The notes beneath the pieces were generated by a model that was not told where the DNA came from, did no database searches, and saw only the letters and a list, made by a program, of their open reading frames with translations. DNA of 64,000 nucleotides. Source: Ramazzottius varieornatus (Eukaryota; Animalia; Tardigrada). Positions 40,705 through 54,488 of the stretch are shown here, in pieces (the first letter of the stretch is position 1; each line of letters opens with the position of its first letter). The DNA is taken from contig BDGG01000013.1 in NCBI GenBank assembly GCA_001949185.1, positions 186,001-250,000 of the forward strand. Reading direction: 5' to 3'. A program made the translations under genes and the position numbers.

Positions 40705-42252
40705 GTTTCTTCCGACAGAGTTGATAACAAAACTGCTGTACGAAATTTGGCCTCGCAGTGAAAAAAATAATTTTTATTATCATTGAAAACCGCGTCGCCA
40801 GCGCCTCCAATGGCCTTAGTTTCATTTCTGGTCCAGGCTCTCTAACATGGGGTTTGACAGTTTGCCGAACTGTGGATCTTGTGCATGCATTGAGAACCTA
40901 AGCCCATCGCAAGAAGTGCCATTCGACAGCCTGTCATTTTCTCTGTCGAATCATCCAAACATGTGTTAGAATATGTCAGATAGAACGGGCGAAAACAGGT
41001 GGCCAACTCGACAACCGAAGGTTCTTATGGCTAACTCAATAACCTCTCCCTCGTACTGGTGTTTCTGTAGCTGTAGAAGAAAGCTGTAGAAGAAAGCTGT
41101 AGAAAGCTGTAGAATCCACACAGCAAAGCTTTCGGTCATCCAATTCCTCTTTGTCCGGGGATGTTTTGTCGATCACGACGCCGGAATGTTCAAATTTTTC
41201 ATCCGCTGGAATCGTCTTCGATTCCCCTGTGCATTCGGGACATGTCCAAGCTTCTCTCATTACTTTCGCACCCGTCGAACTAACATAGTCTGCATTGCTG
41301 TCCTCTATCTGATCACACAAATCTACTCGATATCAGGTCCAGTATACATTCCCAGTCCGGCCTACGCCCAGCTTCGTTAGTTAGTCATGGAGGGTTTCAA
41401 GATTTTCGTTATGATTCCGCGCTGAGAAACTTATAATTTGCTCACTGTCTTTACAGCTTATTGCAGCTTACATCATCCACCAGATTCTGGTGTCTGGCGG
41501 CTGGACCCCAAGGTCGAGAGCTGCAGCGAACTCGTGGAGCATCAGCGTTATGCAGAGAATGCAACACACCATTAGATGAAAGCATTGAAACGGCGAACTT
41601 TACAAACACCCCACTCAACAGCTGAGTTATTTGTAGCACGATAGATTCACCGAATTTTTCCCTGGTTTGTCGCCCATCATGCCTTGAAACAAGCCTGCGA
41701 AGAGCTGAAAATCCTATGGGAATAAATCTTGTAATACAGTACGTAGACATACAGTGGTGCAGTAAGTGAGTATCACTGCAACAGACCAGCACAACCCGCG
41801 AGCTTCCGGGTTTTTGGTCTGCTGTGAAACAAAAACGAGATTTCCGAAGCGTACGTACTGGCACTTTCTTCCTATGTGCTGAACGTTTCTCATCTCGGTG
41901 ACTTTGACAGACCTGCACGCCGGACGAGCGTGTGTGCGTGTGTTCTAGGTACCTAACAGCTGTTCCTTCCGCGTGACGATGAAAGATAATTACATAACCA
42001 ACCGCACAGCGTATAGGTCAAAAAACTGGTTATGGCCTTCACTCCGTATGTACCATGTACTGTACTGTACGTTACAACTACGCACATTGCGGTAGCCTGA
42101 ACATACTATGACTGTTACCTTAACTTAGTTCTGGTTATTCGGCACGAGTAGCGTTCGCTTAAGGGGCGCCGCATGCAGTTGCCATCGGCGTTTGCTTTCC
42201 ATTTCCGGAAACTCCCGAGACAGCGACTCAGTCCTGTTTCCCTAAATTCAGC

Positions 42253-44504
42253 ATGACGCCCCCTCCTGTTCATGCGCCGGAGAACAATGGAGCTTGGGTT
42301 TGTGCATGTTGGAGTGCGGACAGGACAGCCAGGACATCATGCTGTAAGTCAAGCTGCCGCTGCGGCTTGCGTGCTCGGCGCCCACCAAAACTATCTGACG
42401 GGAATGATGGCCGAGCAGAACAGGCTGATCGTGAGCCCCTCTCCGATGAGAAGTACTCTGCGGACGCGGACAGCCTCCTCGATGAAATCAAGGTAAAGTT
42501 CGACGGTATGCTTGATGTGGCCAGAATTATGTCGTGACTGGACCCGCGCTGTTGCTTTCCCGGCAGGAAGAAGGAAAGGCAGCTTATGCGGCTGGTAAGG
42601 AAATGCTACACGATGCATCGGACAAGGCGCAAGAAGTGATGCGCAAAGTATGGGAAGCGACTCCCTTTTCTCATTTGCCGGACTGGCTGAAAGACAATGA
42701 TTTCCTTCATACCGGACACCGTCCTCAAATTGAGTCCTTTGCTGAGTGTAATATGTCAACTGGGAAACTTCTGGTCGTATGTTGCCCACGAACAACCTCT
42801 TTTTTACGTACGGTAGGTTTTCGCTCCATCTTCAGTATTCACACAGAGACCGGCAACATTTGGACGCATTTAATAGGTAAGATTTGCTTTGTAAGACTTA
42901 AGTTGAGATTACTTTGTAGGCTACTTAAAATGTCATTACTGAAAGGCGTGCATGCTTTTTCGGCCGAAGCAAAGGAGGCACCATTTTTCTCGTCCGGAGA
43001 TGGGCTTTTGATCGTTTCCTCACGGCAAAAACAGGGAGTACGTTGGTGGGCCTCTGTTTGGAATGGCGCGAAGTAATCTCGGGTCGATCATTATCTCGGG
43101 TGGAGCACGTTTCCAGACTATAAAAAGAAAAATTGCGTCGCTTTAGATACGCATCATCTCGAGGTTGTTTGCCGGCCTTGACAGGTCTTCCGTTTGATAA
43201 CTGGAACTTGATAGACAGAAAGTTCTCCGTTCTTCGGGGTAGAACTGAAAGACGTCGTGTCGACCGCGCCGCCAGGCAAACTTTATAAATCGGTACAGTC
43301 TGATCTCAATCTGCGGTTATGTGCGTTGGTTGTTTCATCGTAGGTTGCGTCTTTTTTATCGGTGCGACAGTCTACTTCTTCCTGCCGGTACAAGCCCGCC
43401 CCGAGTTTTCTGTTGGGGATAAAATCGCCTTTGCCGCCTACCTTGCAGCCGCCATCGTTTGTCTGGGCTTTTCTTTTCTCTACCACACTCTCTATTGTCA
43501 CTCACGCAGAGTCGGCCTGATTTTCGGCAAGTAAGTTTGGCCGTTTATGGTACAATAGACAAAAATAGTAGCAGTTTGGCGGGCCACCTTATGAGGGCAT
43601 ACTTTCAGGTTGGACTACTGTGGCATTGCATTGCTGATTTTGGGCTCGATGGTACCTTGGCTGCATTACAGTTTCTACTGCCAAGAGGTGAAGAAATACA
43701 CGTATATCGGCATCCTTTCTGTTTTGGCCATCGGCTGCGTTACCGTTTCCCTATGGGACAAGTTCAGCGAACCTTCATTTCGCCAAGCTCGCGCACGTGG
43801 GTTAGCCAAGAGCTGATGTTGTACTGAAAAAAGAAAAATAACGTTTCTTTTGGTTCGCAGTTATGTTCACTGCGCTTGCGGCCAGTGGGCTCATCCCTAC
43901 TCTTCACTACACCTTCGGTAAGATTTCTGGACGACAAGTGTAAGCTAAACGTGGCTGGACAGGCACGACTGCTCTTGAGCAATATACTAATCTGGTTGTC
44001 TTTTGACCAGAGAGCGGATGGAACAAGGCGGTCAACGAAGGGTCGCTGTACTGGATGTTAGGCATGGGGGCAGTGTACGCACTGAGCGCCGTAAGTACGG
44101 TCGCAGTCATGTTCACCATAGAGGCCTATGTGCTTTCTGAACGGTGCGATCTTCTACCAGTTTCAAAGGCACTGCTTACAGGCTTGTTACGCCTCACGGA
44201 TTCCTGAGAGATGGTATCCCGGACGATTCGATATCTGGGTAAGGTCGTAACGTGTTTGCACATTGTAGTGTCGGTCTCTCAGTGAACGCTCGTCTATTGA
44301 CCACTGCCCCGCAGCCAACATCCGGGAGTCAAGTCAATTTTATTTGTGTCTTCTTTCCAGTTCCATAGCCACCAGATATTTCACGTGCTAGTGGTCTTCG
44401 CAGCGCTTCTTCATTATCGCGGCGTTTCCGTGATGGCCAGCAACCGGTATGCCTTGGGCTTGGTCTGTCCAAACCCGGTGGAAAATATCCGCCTTGCTCA
44501 GTAA
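42253..44504 (+). CDS. AdipoR: Adiponectin receptor (PAQR family), multi-exon
   Basis: LPDWLKDNDFLHTGHRP; CFRSIFSIHTETGNIWTHLIG; SFLYHTLYCHS; LDYCGIALLILGS; RIPERWYPGRFDIW; FHSHQIFHVLVV; TAA at 44502-44504. Confidence 0.95.
43080..43165. repeat. Fixed-spacer palindrome family: degenerate unit in an AdipoR intron
   Basis: GGGTGGAGCAC(43098)-N24-TTGCGTCGCTT. Confidence 0.6.
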
Positions 44505-44938
44505 AGACATTTGGACGTCTATAACGCGCTGATCGGTCGTCGAGTCTCCATGCCTGCGCGCTCTTTCTTTTGACATAAACCCTCAAAACTGTGCTCCGAA
44601 AAATATTATTCGGTTCCTCACTCCAGATGTGACGGCGGAGATTTCGTAGGCTTCGTCCGCTTGCCAGTGCATTTTGCCCAGTTGTTGAACATGAATTTAA
44701 CTTGATTTGTGTTTGGAGAATTTAATTACCCACCGGTGACGCCATTTCTTCTCGTTGTAGTTTTACAAATTTCTGAAGCCTCAAGGCTCAGCTATTCTAA
44801 ATTGATTTACATTTTTCATCTGCCGCTAACCGTTTCACTGAGATGTGAGTAATGCTACTGGGTCGAATACATAAGAGTCTTCTAGGAAAATGGTGCTGTC
44901 ATTGCATACGTGAAAATTTGCATACTTGACTTAGTTGA

Positions 44939-45931
44939 CTAGCAAGTATAAGTGCGCCGGAATGCAACTCGCAGTTCGGTCAGAGACCAAACGAACCAAA
45001 TAGGATCCATAACTATGTTCAGAGCATTAAATACAGATGCAATCGGATACATATTCGGTATATCGATATTGGAGAGGAGTAACAAACCGTAGTAAACTTG
45101 GGCCGGTGTATAGCAAATAAAGACTGCCATCGTCATGAGAGTCAAGGACAGGAAGCCGTAGTTTACCTGGCGACTCTCAAGACGTGCTCCTGGACCTGTA
45201 CCCGAAGTTACACCGTGGCTGGTGACCACAGCGGTTCCAGATGGTCCATGGCCAGTGTGACCACTGGCAGATGGGCGAACATTGTGGGCTCGCCTTCGCT
45301 TCCATGTCTTGTAGCAGATCACCGGATACACCGATATAACGACCACTTCCGGTAAGTCGTACATCAGTATCTGTGTGGTCCAAGCAAACACTTGCAGCGC
45401 GCCTCCGTTGACCTGACAGCTGTTCGTTTCTCCTGGTAGACGATACCATGAAGCGTCCTGGATGATACCCGGCAAGAAACCCGCATGCAAGTAGATCCAT
45501 GTTGCAGCACAAACACCCAGTGCGAAGCGTTTCCGGTGATAGCGGCGGTAAGACACGGGAAAGGTCACGGCCCAAAGTCGGTTCAAAGCGATCAGTGCAT
45601 GGGAGTTATACATGGCTCCGCCGAAAATCCAGCTAGTGTAGTTGTGGTAGGTACATGCGGCATGTCCCATCCACCAGACAGAATACACATCATTAATCAT
45701 TTCGATGGAATAGAAGAGAAAGGCGTTGCCGAGGTTGGCGACAAAGAGGTTTGCGACGTAAATTGTGAAGGGTGTGAGAAGCGTCCTATCGCGGACGAAA
45801 AGGTAAGGGATACTACCGCTCCCTAAAATTGCACTAATTTGGATGAACAGAGTAGAGCAGGGTGTGAATGTCCAGTTTGGCCCATCTAGTGAAGTGGAAT
45901 TGGTAAGCTGGAACGTGGTGTTGTTGCCCAT
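44939..45931 (-). CDS. Intronless class A (rhodopsin-like) orphan GPCR, 330 aa
   Basis: Seven hydrophobic segments, N-terminal N-glycosylation sequons, YVANLFVAN, WWMGHAAC, IALNRLWAV (DRY variant), CYTP and MDPIWF (NPxxY variant). Confidence 0.88.
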   Translation of the reverse strand: MGNNTTFQLTNSTSLDGPNWTFTPCSTLFIQISAILGSGSIPYLFVRDRTLLTPFTIYVANLFVANLGNAFLFYSIEMINDVYSVWWMGHAACTYHNYTSWIFGGAMYNSHALIALNRLWAVTFPVSYRRYHRKRFALGVCAATWIYLHAGFLPGIIQDASWYRLPGETNSCQVNGGALQVFAWTTQILMYDLPEVVVISVYPVICYKTWKRRRAHNVRPSASGHTGHGPSGTAVVTSHGVTSGTGPGARLESRQVNYGFLSLTLMTMAVFICYTPAQVYYGLLLLSNIDIPNMYPIASVFNALNIVMDPIWFVWSLTELRVAFRRTYTC

Positions 45932-47749
45932 TCCGACGTCCGCAGTAGTCGGTCAATGTCCAGCACGATTGATTTGCCGAAATAGCGAAGAACCGTCCTG
46001 CCTCCTGTTCTGCAGGTTTCAACAGGAGAATATGAGAGGAATCTTGAAAAGAAGTTCAATACTGAACATCCCAGTGTAAGGTGCTCCTTGCCTTAAACAC
46101 ATAGTTGCGGAACGAATGGGCAAGCCATTTGTTGATCAAGCAAACGCCATGAACGCTTGCAGGGAAAGTTCCATCGATCGTAAGCAAGATCTTTGATGAA
46201 ACAGTGAACTGAACACAAAAATCCAATCATGCAACAGCAAAGCGATAACGGTATTCTAGATCTCTTTAGAACAGGGATTGTTAATGGAAAACTCTCCCGT
46301 TCAATGTTCCTGCCGTTTCTGCAGAAACATGGGGGAGGGGAAAAACAAAACTTTCTGAAGCCAGTTTTTGCAGCCTCCGCCGAGTCAATTTCTCTTTATC
46401 GCTGGAGGTGCTCTATCCTTGTCGATCACTTTCCCGCAGAACTGCACAAACAAATCACTCATGATAAATCGACTCAGTTTTTCACTGCACTGTGGATAAA
46501 CTTTGTCATTTTTCATTAAATTCACCACGAACGATATCTGGTAGATGAATCAGTCACCTTCAGAAAATTTTTTTGACAAACGCAAATATGGAACTCGTTG
46601 TCATTTGTCAGCTAGCATTAGCCGAAACAGACTGGCGCTAATTACCGGAATTGTGAATGGTTTGTTAGTGTCAAGTCCCGGCTACAAGCCTCGCGGAACG
46701 CAGTTTTCCTTCCGTTTCCTACAGTTTTGCGGAACTGTTCGTGCAGAGTACACTCTAGAGTTGTCTTGCCACAGTAGTGGCTAGAGTCAACCGAAAAATT
46801 TGGGCTATATAGCGGGAAGCTTTCTTCTTAAGCTTCATTATCCCAGAGTGGTCAGGTCTGTCTTTATTTTTTTGCTGAACAGAAGGATTCTGTACCGGTC
46901 ATAACTGGGAGAAAACAACCAGACAGCGACCATAACTTCGTTTTTGCGCCGCTCTCGATTCGGAGTGCTTTGCGTTGCTCCCGCTTTGCGTTGTCGTCGA
47001 AACATTCCGTTTTTCACTTCAGAATGTCCTGCTGAGTCAAGTCTTCGTCACTGGTAACAATGCGATCTGAGGATCCGTTCACTTTCATTCGGAAACGGGA
47101 GGTCACGGAAAGATAAATTTTGCGTTCATCGTAAGGTGCGCGAAGTAAGCGGGACATCCAAAACCTTGATTTTTTGCCTGCCTGGTTTTTCTGAATGTTC
47201 AGGGAGGGTTTAACGAGACACGTCAAATGATCGTAAGGAGTTTACTACAGGTGGGGAAGGAGCGCATTCGACAAGCTCCCTTTCAACGTTGTTATCCAAC
47301 TTAAGTCTCGGTCTTCAGTGGGGGTCAACTTCCGACCGAAAAATGTCGAGAGCGGAGACGAACTATCCACCTCCCACGGTTCAATTGTTAGCTGCGTTGG
47401 GACCATTCAAGTATTACGTAAGATTCGGCAAACCGAATGGATCAAAGCCGCATTCATTGACTTGCTTTGATAAGGGGGTCCATTCGGCACCTTTGATCTT
47501 GTCTTACGTAGTACTTGAATGTTCCCTTTACTGTTAGAAACGAAGCATATCTTTGCGCCTGTGTGGGATATGTCGACCTCTTGAGAAAATGCAAACACTT
47601 GAATCGCCCAAAATTTCAGTAATCCATGATTCATATAAAACGATTCCTGCCCTACCCCGAAGCTGAGAAACTGAGTCGTTGGAATGCCAAACGATAGCCA
47701 AGAGCTGGCAGAGTGACTAGAAAAAAAGTTCAGGACAAACGCACAAGAG

Positions 47750-47815
47750 GGAATATAACTATAAATTGTTGAAGTTGAGGCGGTTTTAGGAGTGACAAGT
47801 CATACTTCCGCACCT
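47750..47815. mobile_element. Terminal fragment of a DNA-transposon family (ACAAGTCATACTTCCGCACC end)
   Basis: Its reverse complement aligns over ~65 bp with 52781-52840 and shares its end with 55340-55359. Confidence 0.6.
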
Positions 47816-49929
47816 TATAGCAAGAACGCTGGTGATGGTGACCAGTATGCAGATCCAGACCAGTACCCAGACCGTGTGCGGAGACGCGAGAATAGTCTGC
47901 TCCTCTAGCGTGTGCTGCGAAGTAGAGGTAGTTTGGTTCAGTGCTAAGACATTAATCTTCTCCTCAGAGAACTAGCTGTCATACAGGTGGGATTTGCGCA
48001 AGACGAAGTCACGTGGGTTACCGTATTGGCCAGTAAAACCTCGTGACACGCACTCGCTTAAGTCACAGCCGAGCCACGCTTGCACTCATCCTTCGAGTCG
48101 AGTAAATCATGTTGACACATTGTATTCGGCTGATTGAAGTCCTAACATAGAGACCTTGATTAGTTTCCAGTAAAAATTTACCGCTTTTCGGAAATTTCAA
48201 ATTTTCCGACGAGATTTTTTTCAATAGAACAGTGCCTCTTCGATTGTGTCAGAAATGTCTTCTCTGAAATGTCTTGTTATAACTGAGAACGGATCAGGTT
48301 TACGTGTCTTCTCGTGCGATTGCCAGTTACGGTTTACCACAGGACGGCTGTTTTCAGCTGAGCATCCCCTCCGGAAAGTCTGTGCTATCGTCTCTTCCTG
48401 ACGTTAAGGCAGCCTCTTGCGGACGGAAACTGGATAGTCGGCTTCATCAGGCTTGAAAGAGAGAGATAATTTAGTACTTCTAACACCCGTAACCCTTTCC
48501 GTAATCAAAACCGTCCCCTCACAGCAATGTCAGATTAAATCGGGAGGACCTACGCTTGTTAATGGGTGAATGTTGTGGATACTTTTCAGGCTTTCTCGCT
48601 GCGCGAGTTCACGCGGGTAGTGAGTGATGGTACAGTGGCGCAATAAAAGGATCTGTAAGCCGGATCGGTGGGCGACTCGACCGGCGACGCATGAAGGGTA
48701 CGGGCTGTATGAGTCACGGCTCGATTTGATAACTCAACCTGTGCACGGACAAGTCATTGGCTGCACTTATACCCAGCGCGTGCACAACTCCTCCTAGTTC
48801 AAATGCGGCGACTTTCCATGGCGACGTCGTCTTGCTCGCATCACACCTGTAAGCTGTCAGCAGAACAGATCCTGAACCAGTAGAGAATGCTGTGTCTACT
48901 GTCAACACAACATCTACCAGATTGACAAGCCATTCTCCAAAAGTCCATCGTAGTGCAACTAGTGCACTTAGAGACCGTCTAGGACGACAGTATGACTTTG
49001 GTCCAGTGCGCAGATCTGCGTTCTTATATTAGGGTGCTCTTAACATACAGTGTACACCAAAAGCTCTTGCAGTGACAACGCTAAAAAAATCCTGCTGTTA
49101 TTTCCTGTTGCGGACAAGTCGTTTCCGATTTCCGTATCACGTTTCTGATCCATTAACTTTCTTCGAATGAAGTTGTCAGTAGCCTCACGTCCTTCCGCCG
49201 TCTCAGGATAGCTGCCTGCGAGTGGCAGAATATGTCGAACAAGGAAATGGAGTAAGGCAGGAGAAAACCTCGACCGGATAAAAAGCAAAAACCCAACTAT
49301 TCGCAAAGGCAAGCAATCGACCCAAGGTTTAGACCTGTTATTAATATTTATGCGAGGTCGGTTTTTATGCGAAGTACAGGTATATGCCTGTGTCGAGGAA
49401 TTCTATCCTGCATCTTCTGTTAAAATTTGGAGACGATATGATGGTTAGTTCAAATGTTGACCGGTTTCGACAGCTTGCATAACTTCATATTTCGCCCGAA
49501 TATGGATTACAGTCCGGTCGTTCGAAGTCCGTACAAAATTTTCAGATTTCAGTTTAGGGCCCGCTACACATTCACCATATTTGCATGCCAAGCTAAATCC
49601 CGAAATTACGCAACCCATGCATTGTGCCATGCTCTAACTGGTGTAGTCAAGTAATTAACTCGTAGATAACCAGCTGTAGGCACGACGAGCAGCGTGGTTA
49701 ACTTTGAATGATTTCGCGCTTTAGAAATCCGACAATTTGGTACGGATTTCGAACGACCGTACTGTATGTCGAGCCCTAAAGGTTTAGGGCATTTGGAGCC
49801 TAAGTGGTCCGTGTACCTCATTATATTCTGCCTAGAGCAAGTTATTGGGAATCCGACCGAGAAAAGTAGCTTTTTGGACAACTAGAGTCATGGGAGGCTT
49901 TTCCCATGAAAGGACTCTATGCATAACTA

Positions 49930-50130
49930 CTGTATTCCCTCTAAGGTTTTGCGCAGTCACGTGACAGGTCAGTGAATAACACCCGGGGCCTCATATCACT
50001 GATTCTTTGACTGTGGCACATTGCTGCGCTTGATTGGCCGAGAGTTTTTGATTGATGGCAGTGAAGTTTTTTATCCCCGCCGCGCAATATTTACTGGCCT
50101 GTCACGTGACTGCACGAAGAGGGAATACAG
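49930..50130. mobile_element. MITE (201 bp) with TA target duplication
   Basis: Inverted ends CTGTATTCCCTCT..GCAGTCACGTGACAGGTCAGTGAATA and TATTTACTGGCCTGTCACGTGACTGC..AGAGGGAATACAG, with TA on both sides. It has the same CTGTAT terminus as 17942-18056. Confidence 0.85.
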
Positions 50131-53091
50131 TATGTTCACAATGAGCCCGCTAGTTATCCACCCCTGTTTGGTAGAGAGAAGTTAGAAGTCAATGAAAACA
50201 ATTCACATTCTCACTGTGCTGTTTTAAGACGGACTGTTTCTGTTATCTTGATTCAGCCAGTGCGTCTCTAAATACCGATTTGCCTCGTCGAAGCCATAAT
50301 CCACTGGTTCTAACCACTTCTGCACGAGGAGCGAGTCCTAACTTTGTCCGCTGGCTATTACTTTTTACACCACGTCACCCATACGTCACAAGCCTAAAGA
50401 GCCTTCGACTAGCTCGTGACGTACTGTACAAAGCCAGTGAACAAAGTTAGGACCAGCTCCTCGTACGTACAACCATAAAGAAACCTTTTTAACGGACGAT
50501 GATCATGACACTTCTCTAAATTCGACTGTTAGTCTTGCTGGAAGCTGTGGTTCGCTTTGTACGATCCAGTGTTCGGATATGTCCTATTACGTGTACTTTA
50601 GACTGCCGAAATGGCTTTTCAGAATGTGTTATTTTCCCCGTGAATATTCGACATGTTCTGTTCCGATCATATATATGCGTCTTCTAAACATTAAAGTAAA
50701 GTGCAGCTCGCGGTGCGGAATCTTATGAAATTCGTCGTGCGATAATGAGACACGGGATCTTGCCGAGTGGTCGTTCAAAGATGAAAGTCTTCGAGCAAAA
50801 AGCTGAAAAACGGCGCCTGGGGTGACCCTTTCTTTCTCCTGAAACAAGAAACAAGAAGGGTTTTTTTGTCATTTTCGTGCTGAAGCAAACGTCGGTTGAC
50901 ACTTTTCTACGTAAATACTTCATCCACAAACACATTCCGGAACATCCGCAGGATACCAAAATCGCCGTAGTGGAAAATGCAACCGTGAACACCTTTGTCA
51001 TATCTGAAAGGGTTGCAACCAGTTTTCGGTTTGGTTGTCTTCTTTTACATATTACTAAAGATGATTTAAAACTAAGGTAACTTACCGTCAGTTTCCTGGC
51101 ATTTCTCCCCGAGAAAACCACATACGGGTGAATTGGCGGGTGGGTGCCCGAGAAGCCAAAACGGCTGGCGCAGTTGTTCGCTCTCATATGTCCCTGGCCT
51201 ACTCACCCATATAACCTGTTGATACGAAGAAACTGATGAGACGTTCTGATAATTATGCTAGCACTGATTGCAAGCGCTATGAAGGAATTACCGTTAGTTC
51301 TCCCGTGGTCCTGTCGTACTGACTGACACTTGTTGGTCCGCGACGAGAGCCTGTTCGGTCGATATAAACTTCCCCAGCAGCTGTTTTGAAAGTTCGAGAA
51401 CGAAACATTGCAGATAAGAAGGACGTTTCTCGCCGAGAAACCATTTGGATCAAGTTCGATGAGTTTGAGCTTGATGACTGAGCCAAGACCTGTGTCCAAT
51501 TGGAAAACATATACAAGAATTTATCTTCTGTCCCATTCAGCCATGGCGCTAGGAAATTCAAATGTGTAAAACAGTTGGGGAACGGCAATGTTGAGCTTGA
51601 CGTCAGGGCTCAAACCGATGTGCGAGCCGTGTACGTACGCTGCACCCATTGAGCCGTCCCGTTGGCGAAGCTAGATTCGTATAACTTAACCGACCCGAAT
51701 TCGGATCATGACACGAACCTCGCACATCAGGCGGCATCTACTGTATGTCCTCTGGCATCATCTGTGCTCACCAGGTGCAACATCTGTATCTCAGTTTCTC
51801 CCGGCCGTTCTCTGTGAAACTCTAGTCCCAAAAGCAGTCAAAGAGGAAGCTCGAGATAGCACAGGGAACGGCTGGAAGATGAGGATAATACAGAGAAACA
51901 GCTGTTGCAAGTGTTGCAAGCTGACTGGACCCGAAACAGCAATCAAGACTCTTGATTGTACCGCTCTTCCATGACGTCAGCCTTTGTTAATTTTAGTTAT
52001 TTTAAGACATTTTTGGCGTCAATGGTACGTCAAACACTACGGCATTTACGCTACCATTGGGCACCAGCACTCGATACTTCCCTGAGTCAGAAGTTCGGTA
52101 GAGACATATGCCATTATGGGGTATGCAAGATCCTGTGTTAGAAATGCGGTGCGTTTTAGCTGTGGTAAGAGATGGGATACCTGCAAGAAAAAAGCTTACA
52201 ATGTTCGGGCTGTTGGAGTTATTGCACCCCGTCATATTCGTGGACTGTTCTATCTTTTGCCGCAGGCCGGTCAGAAAAATCTCGGTTGCGTCAGTCGATT
52301 CTTGGTAGGATGGGTTCTCAACTAGAAGTGACGGAGAAACAGAGAGAAGAATCTGGAAAACAATTTACAGTACATATCACTGACGATGGTCCCAACGTTG
52401 TGATAGCTTCACGGGATTGTTCTGCTTGCCTCGTCATCCGGTTCTCTCACCGGAGGTCTCAGCTCGCCCAAACCAACTGCGCTTGCATCATAGCTGAGAG
52501 CGAAGTACACCTTTTCAAACCAGAAGGCGAACATGATACTACAATGTTGAGATAGAAAGCCTGGGTCTCACAGAAAAAGGTCCACGGATAGATCGAGCTA
52601 CGATAACTGTAAACCCCGGACATGGGTTTGATTCCCACCTCCGGCAAACTTTCAACTTTTCCAACGAGATTATCATTATCATCGAAACAAGCTACGATCT
52701 GGCCACCATAGTATGATAGGGATAGTAACACATTTCTATCATAACTGCGCTTGCCGGTGAGCACAAGAACTAATATATCAGGTGCGAAAGTATGACTTGT
52801 CCCCCTTAAAACACCTTGACTTCAAAAATTCATAGTTCTGCTCCCCCTCGTCCTTTCGCTCTAAACATTTTCTCGTGTCAGTCTACCAACTCTCGTCCGT
52901 GGTTTGACACTCCACTGATTCAGGTTTCTCAGCTCTGGAGTACCCCAGAAGTTATTTCGACGGAGTCGTGCATAAGTGAAATTTCGGGGATTATGGTGTG
53001 TGAAGTTTTTCGAGGCACGAACGCATCTCGCACCGCCGAAAAAAAGCAGATCCGTGCTTGATGATGGAAACACCTAAAAGTTCCACCGTGG

Positions 53092-53150
53092 GGGATCGGG
53101 TTGATCGGTTTCGGGATCGGGTTGATCGGTTTCGGGATCGGGTTGATCGG
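53092..53150. repeat. 21-bp tandem repeat GGGATCGGGTTGATCGGTTTC, about 2.8 copies
   Basis: Read directly from the sequence. Confidence 0.9.
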
Positions 53151-53656
53151 GAATTTTTCATCTAAAAGTTACCCTTACGGAAGACTAAAATCGAATATTG
53201 TTGTTTAAATTAGTAGAATTAGAAGTAGAACTACCTCGAAACAGGCTTTTTACTATGCTTTACTTTACTATGCTATGCTAATTTACTAATTTACGGCTTT
53301 TTGCTATGCTAATTTACTATGCTTTACTTTACTATGCTATGCTAATTTAAATTAGCGGTTCCCCAGTCTGACTTCACTAATTAATTTAAAGTAATCTGAA
53401 GTCGAACCAGCAGGCTGTAATAAAATAAACGAGTAAAAGAACGGAACACTGTATTATTACTCAGTAAAGCAATTTTACTAAGCGAAAGAGAGTTCGGATA
53501 TTTAATTAGCAAAACCGTGACTTTTTCGAAACTTTGTACATGACGTGCAGTGCGTCGGTTTCGGACCCCGTTCAAACAGATCCACTGTCTGCATGTTCGT
53601 CTGAAGTATGCCCTAGACGTGATTACCGTTTCGCTTGATCCCACGGGCACTGCTGC

Positions 53657-53751
53657 TACAGTACAGTATAGTACAGTACAGTACAGTACAGTACAGTACA
53701 GTACAGTACAGTACAGTACAGTACAGTACAGTACAGTACAGTACAGTACAG
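53657..53751. repeat. (TACAG)n pentanucleotide microsatellite, about 19 units
   Basis: Read directly; one TATAG variant unit. Confidence 0.97.
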
Positions 53752-54488
53752 CAAAATATAGCTACAGTACGCAAACTCTGCAATGTGTTGCTTGGAATTT
53801 CTATGTTGATGTTTTTGCCTTCTGTTTGAAGGCTCGTCCCAGAGCTTTGTATGGTTTGCTGTATGTAGACTAGGTGGAATGATGTCGGCCAAAGACCAGC
53901 CGTTTGCATGAACTAAAATTTTCGAAAATGGTCCGTGAATTAAAATTAAATTTAATTCGGGAAACCGCGGACTTTTAATTAAGCAAAAGTTTTACTTCTT
54001 AAGTTTGGCGCCGAGAGTAATTAAAAGTTGGCAGTTTTGGGGAGTTTTAATTAACAGTAAGTACAAGTTAAACTCGGAAAGTCATAGTAAAACAACACTG
54101 AAATCGAAAATCGACGACAATCTGTCAACCAATCATGCCGCACGCGATCCTTCCCAAACTATGGTTTAATTCTTACAGGACTAATGCGTGCCTCCCTAAA
54201 GTCTTATAGTAGATTAAAATAAGACGAAGAGGGCGAAGAATCAAGAGAATTTGGTACCCCACTTATAAATACTTCGCGCACCCCGAAAACAACGCACAGT
54301 TTTGTCTTTTTTCCCTCTCCGGATTGCAAACAAGAACGAGCCGATAGCAGACCGCATTGCTATCTGTGACAACACCGGCACTCTGTAGAAGATTTCTAAG
54401 CGAAAAGAGGTATGTTTTGCCAGAGGCAAACCACGACAGAAAAGTTTGAACCGTGAGCGGCAATGAAAGAGAACCATGATTACATTTT

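Noticed and set aside
41036-41320. WTCPEC motif suggesting a PHD finger
   Set aside because: The remaining Cys/His ligands are not present in frame, so it is too little to call.
51603-51660. Possible tRNA-derived SINE head on the - strand (A-box- and B-box-like motifs)
   Set aside because: It is a single copy with imperfect boxes, no cloverleaf, and no tail or target duplication.
52590-52647. tRNA-Tyr-like segment (CTGTAAA loop and TGGGTTTGATTCCCA arm)
   Set aside because: No matching 5' acceptor strand or D-arm was found, and the T-loop is non-canonical.
53550-53909. ORFs with STVQY / TVLYC repeats
   Set aside because: These are translations of the (TACAG)n microsatellite.
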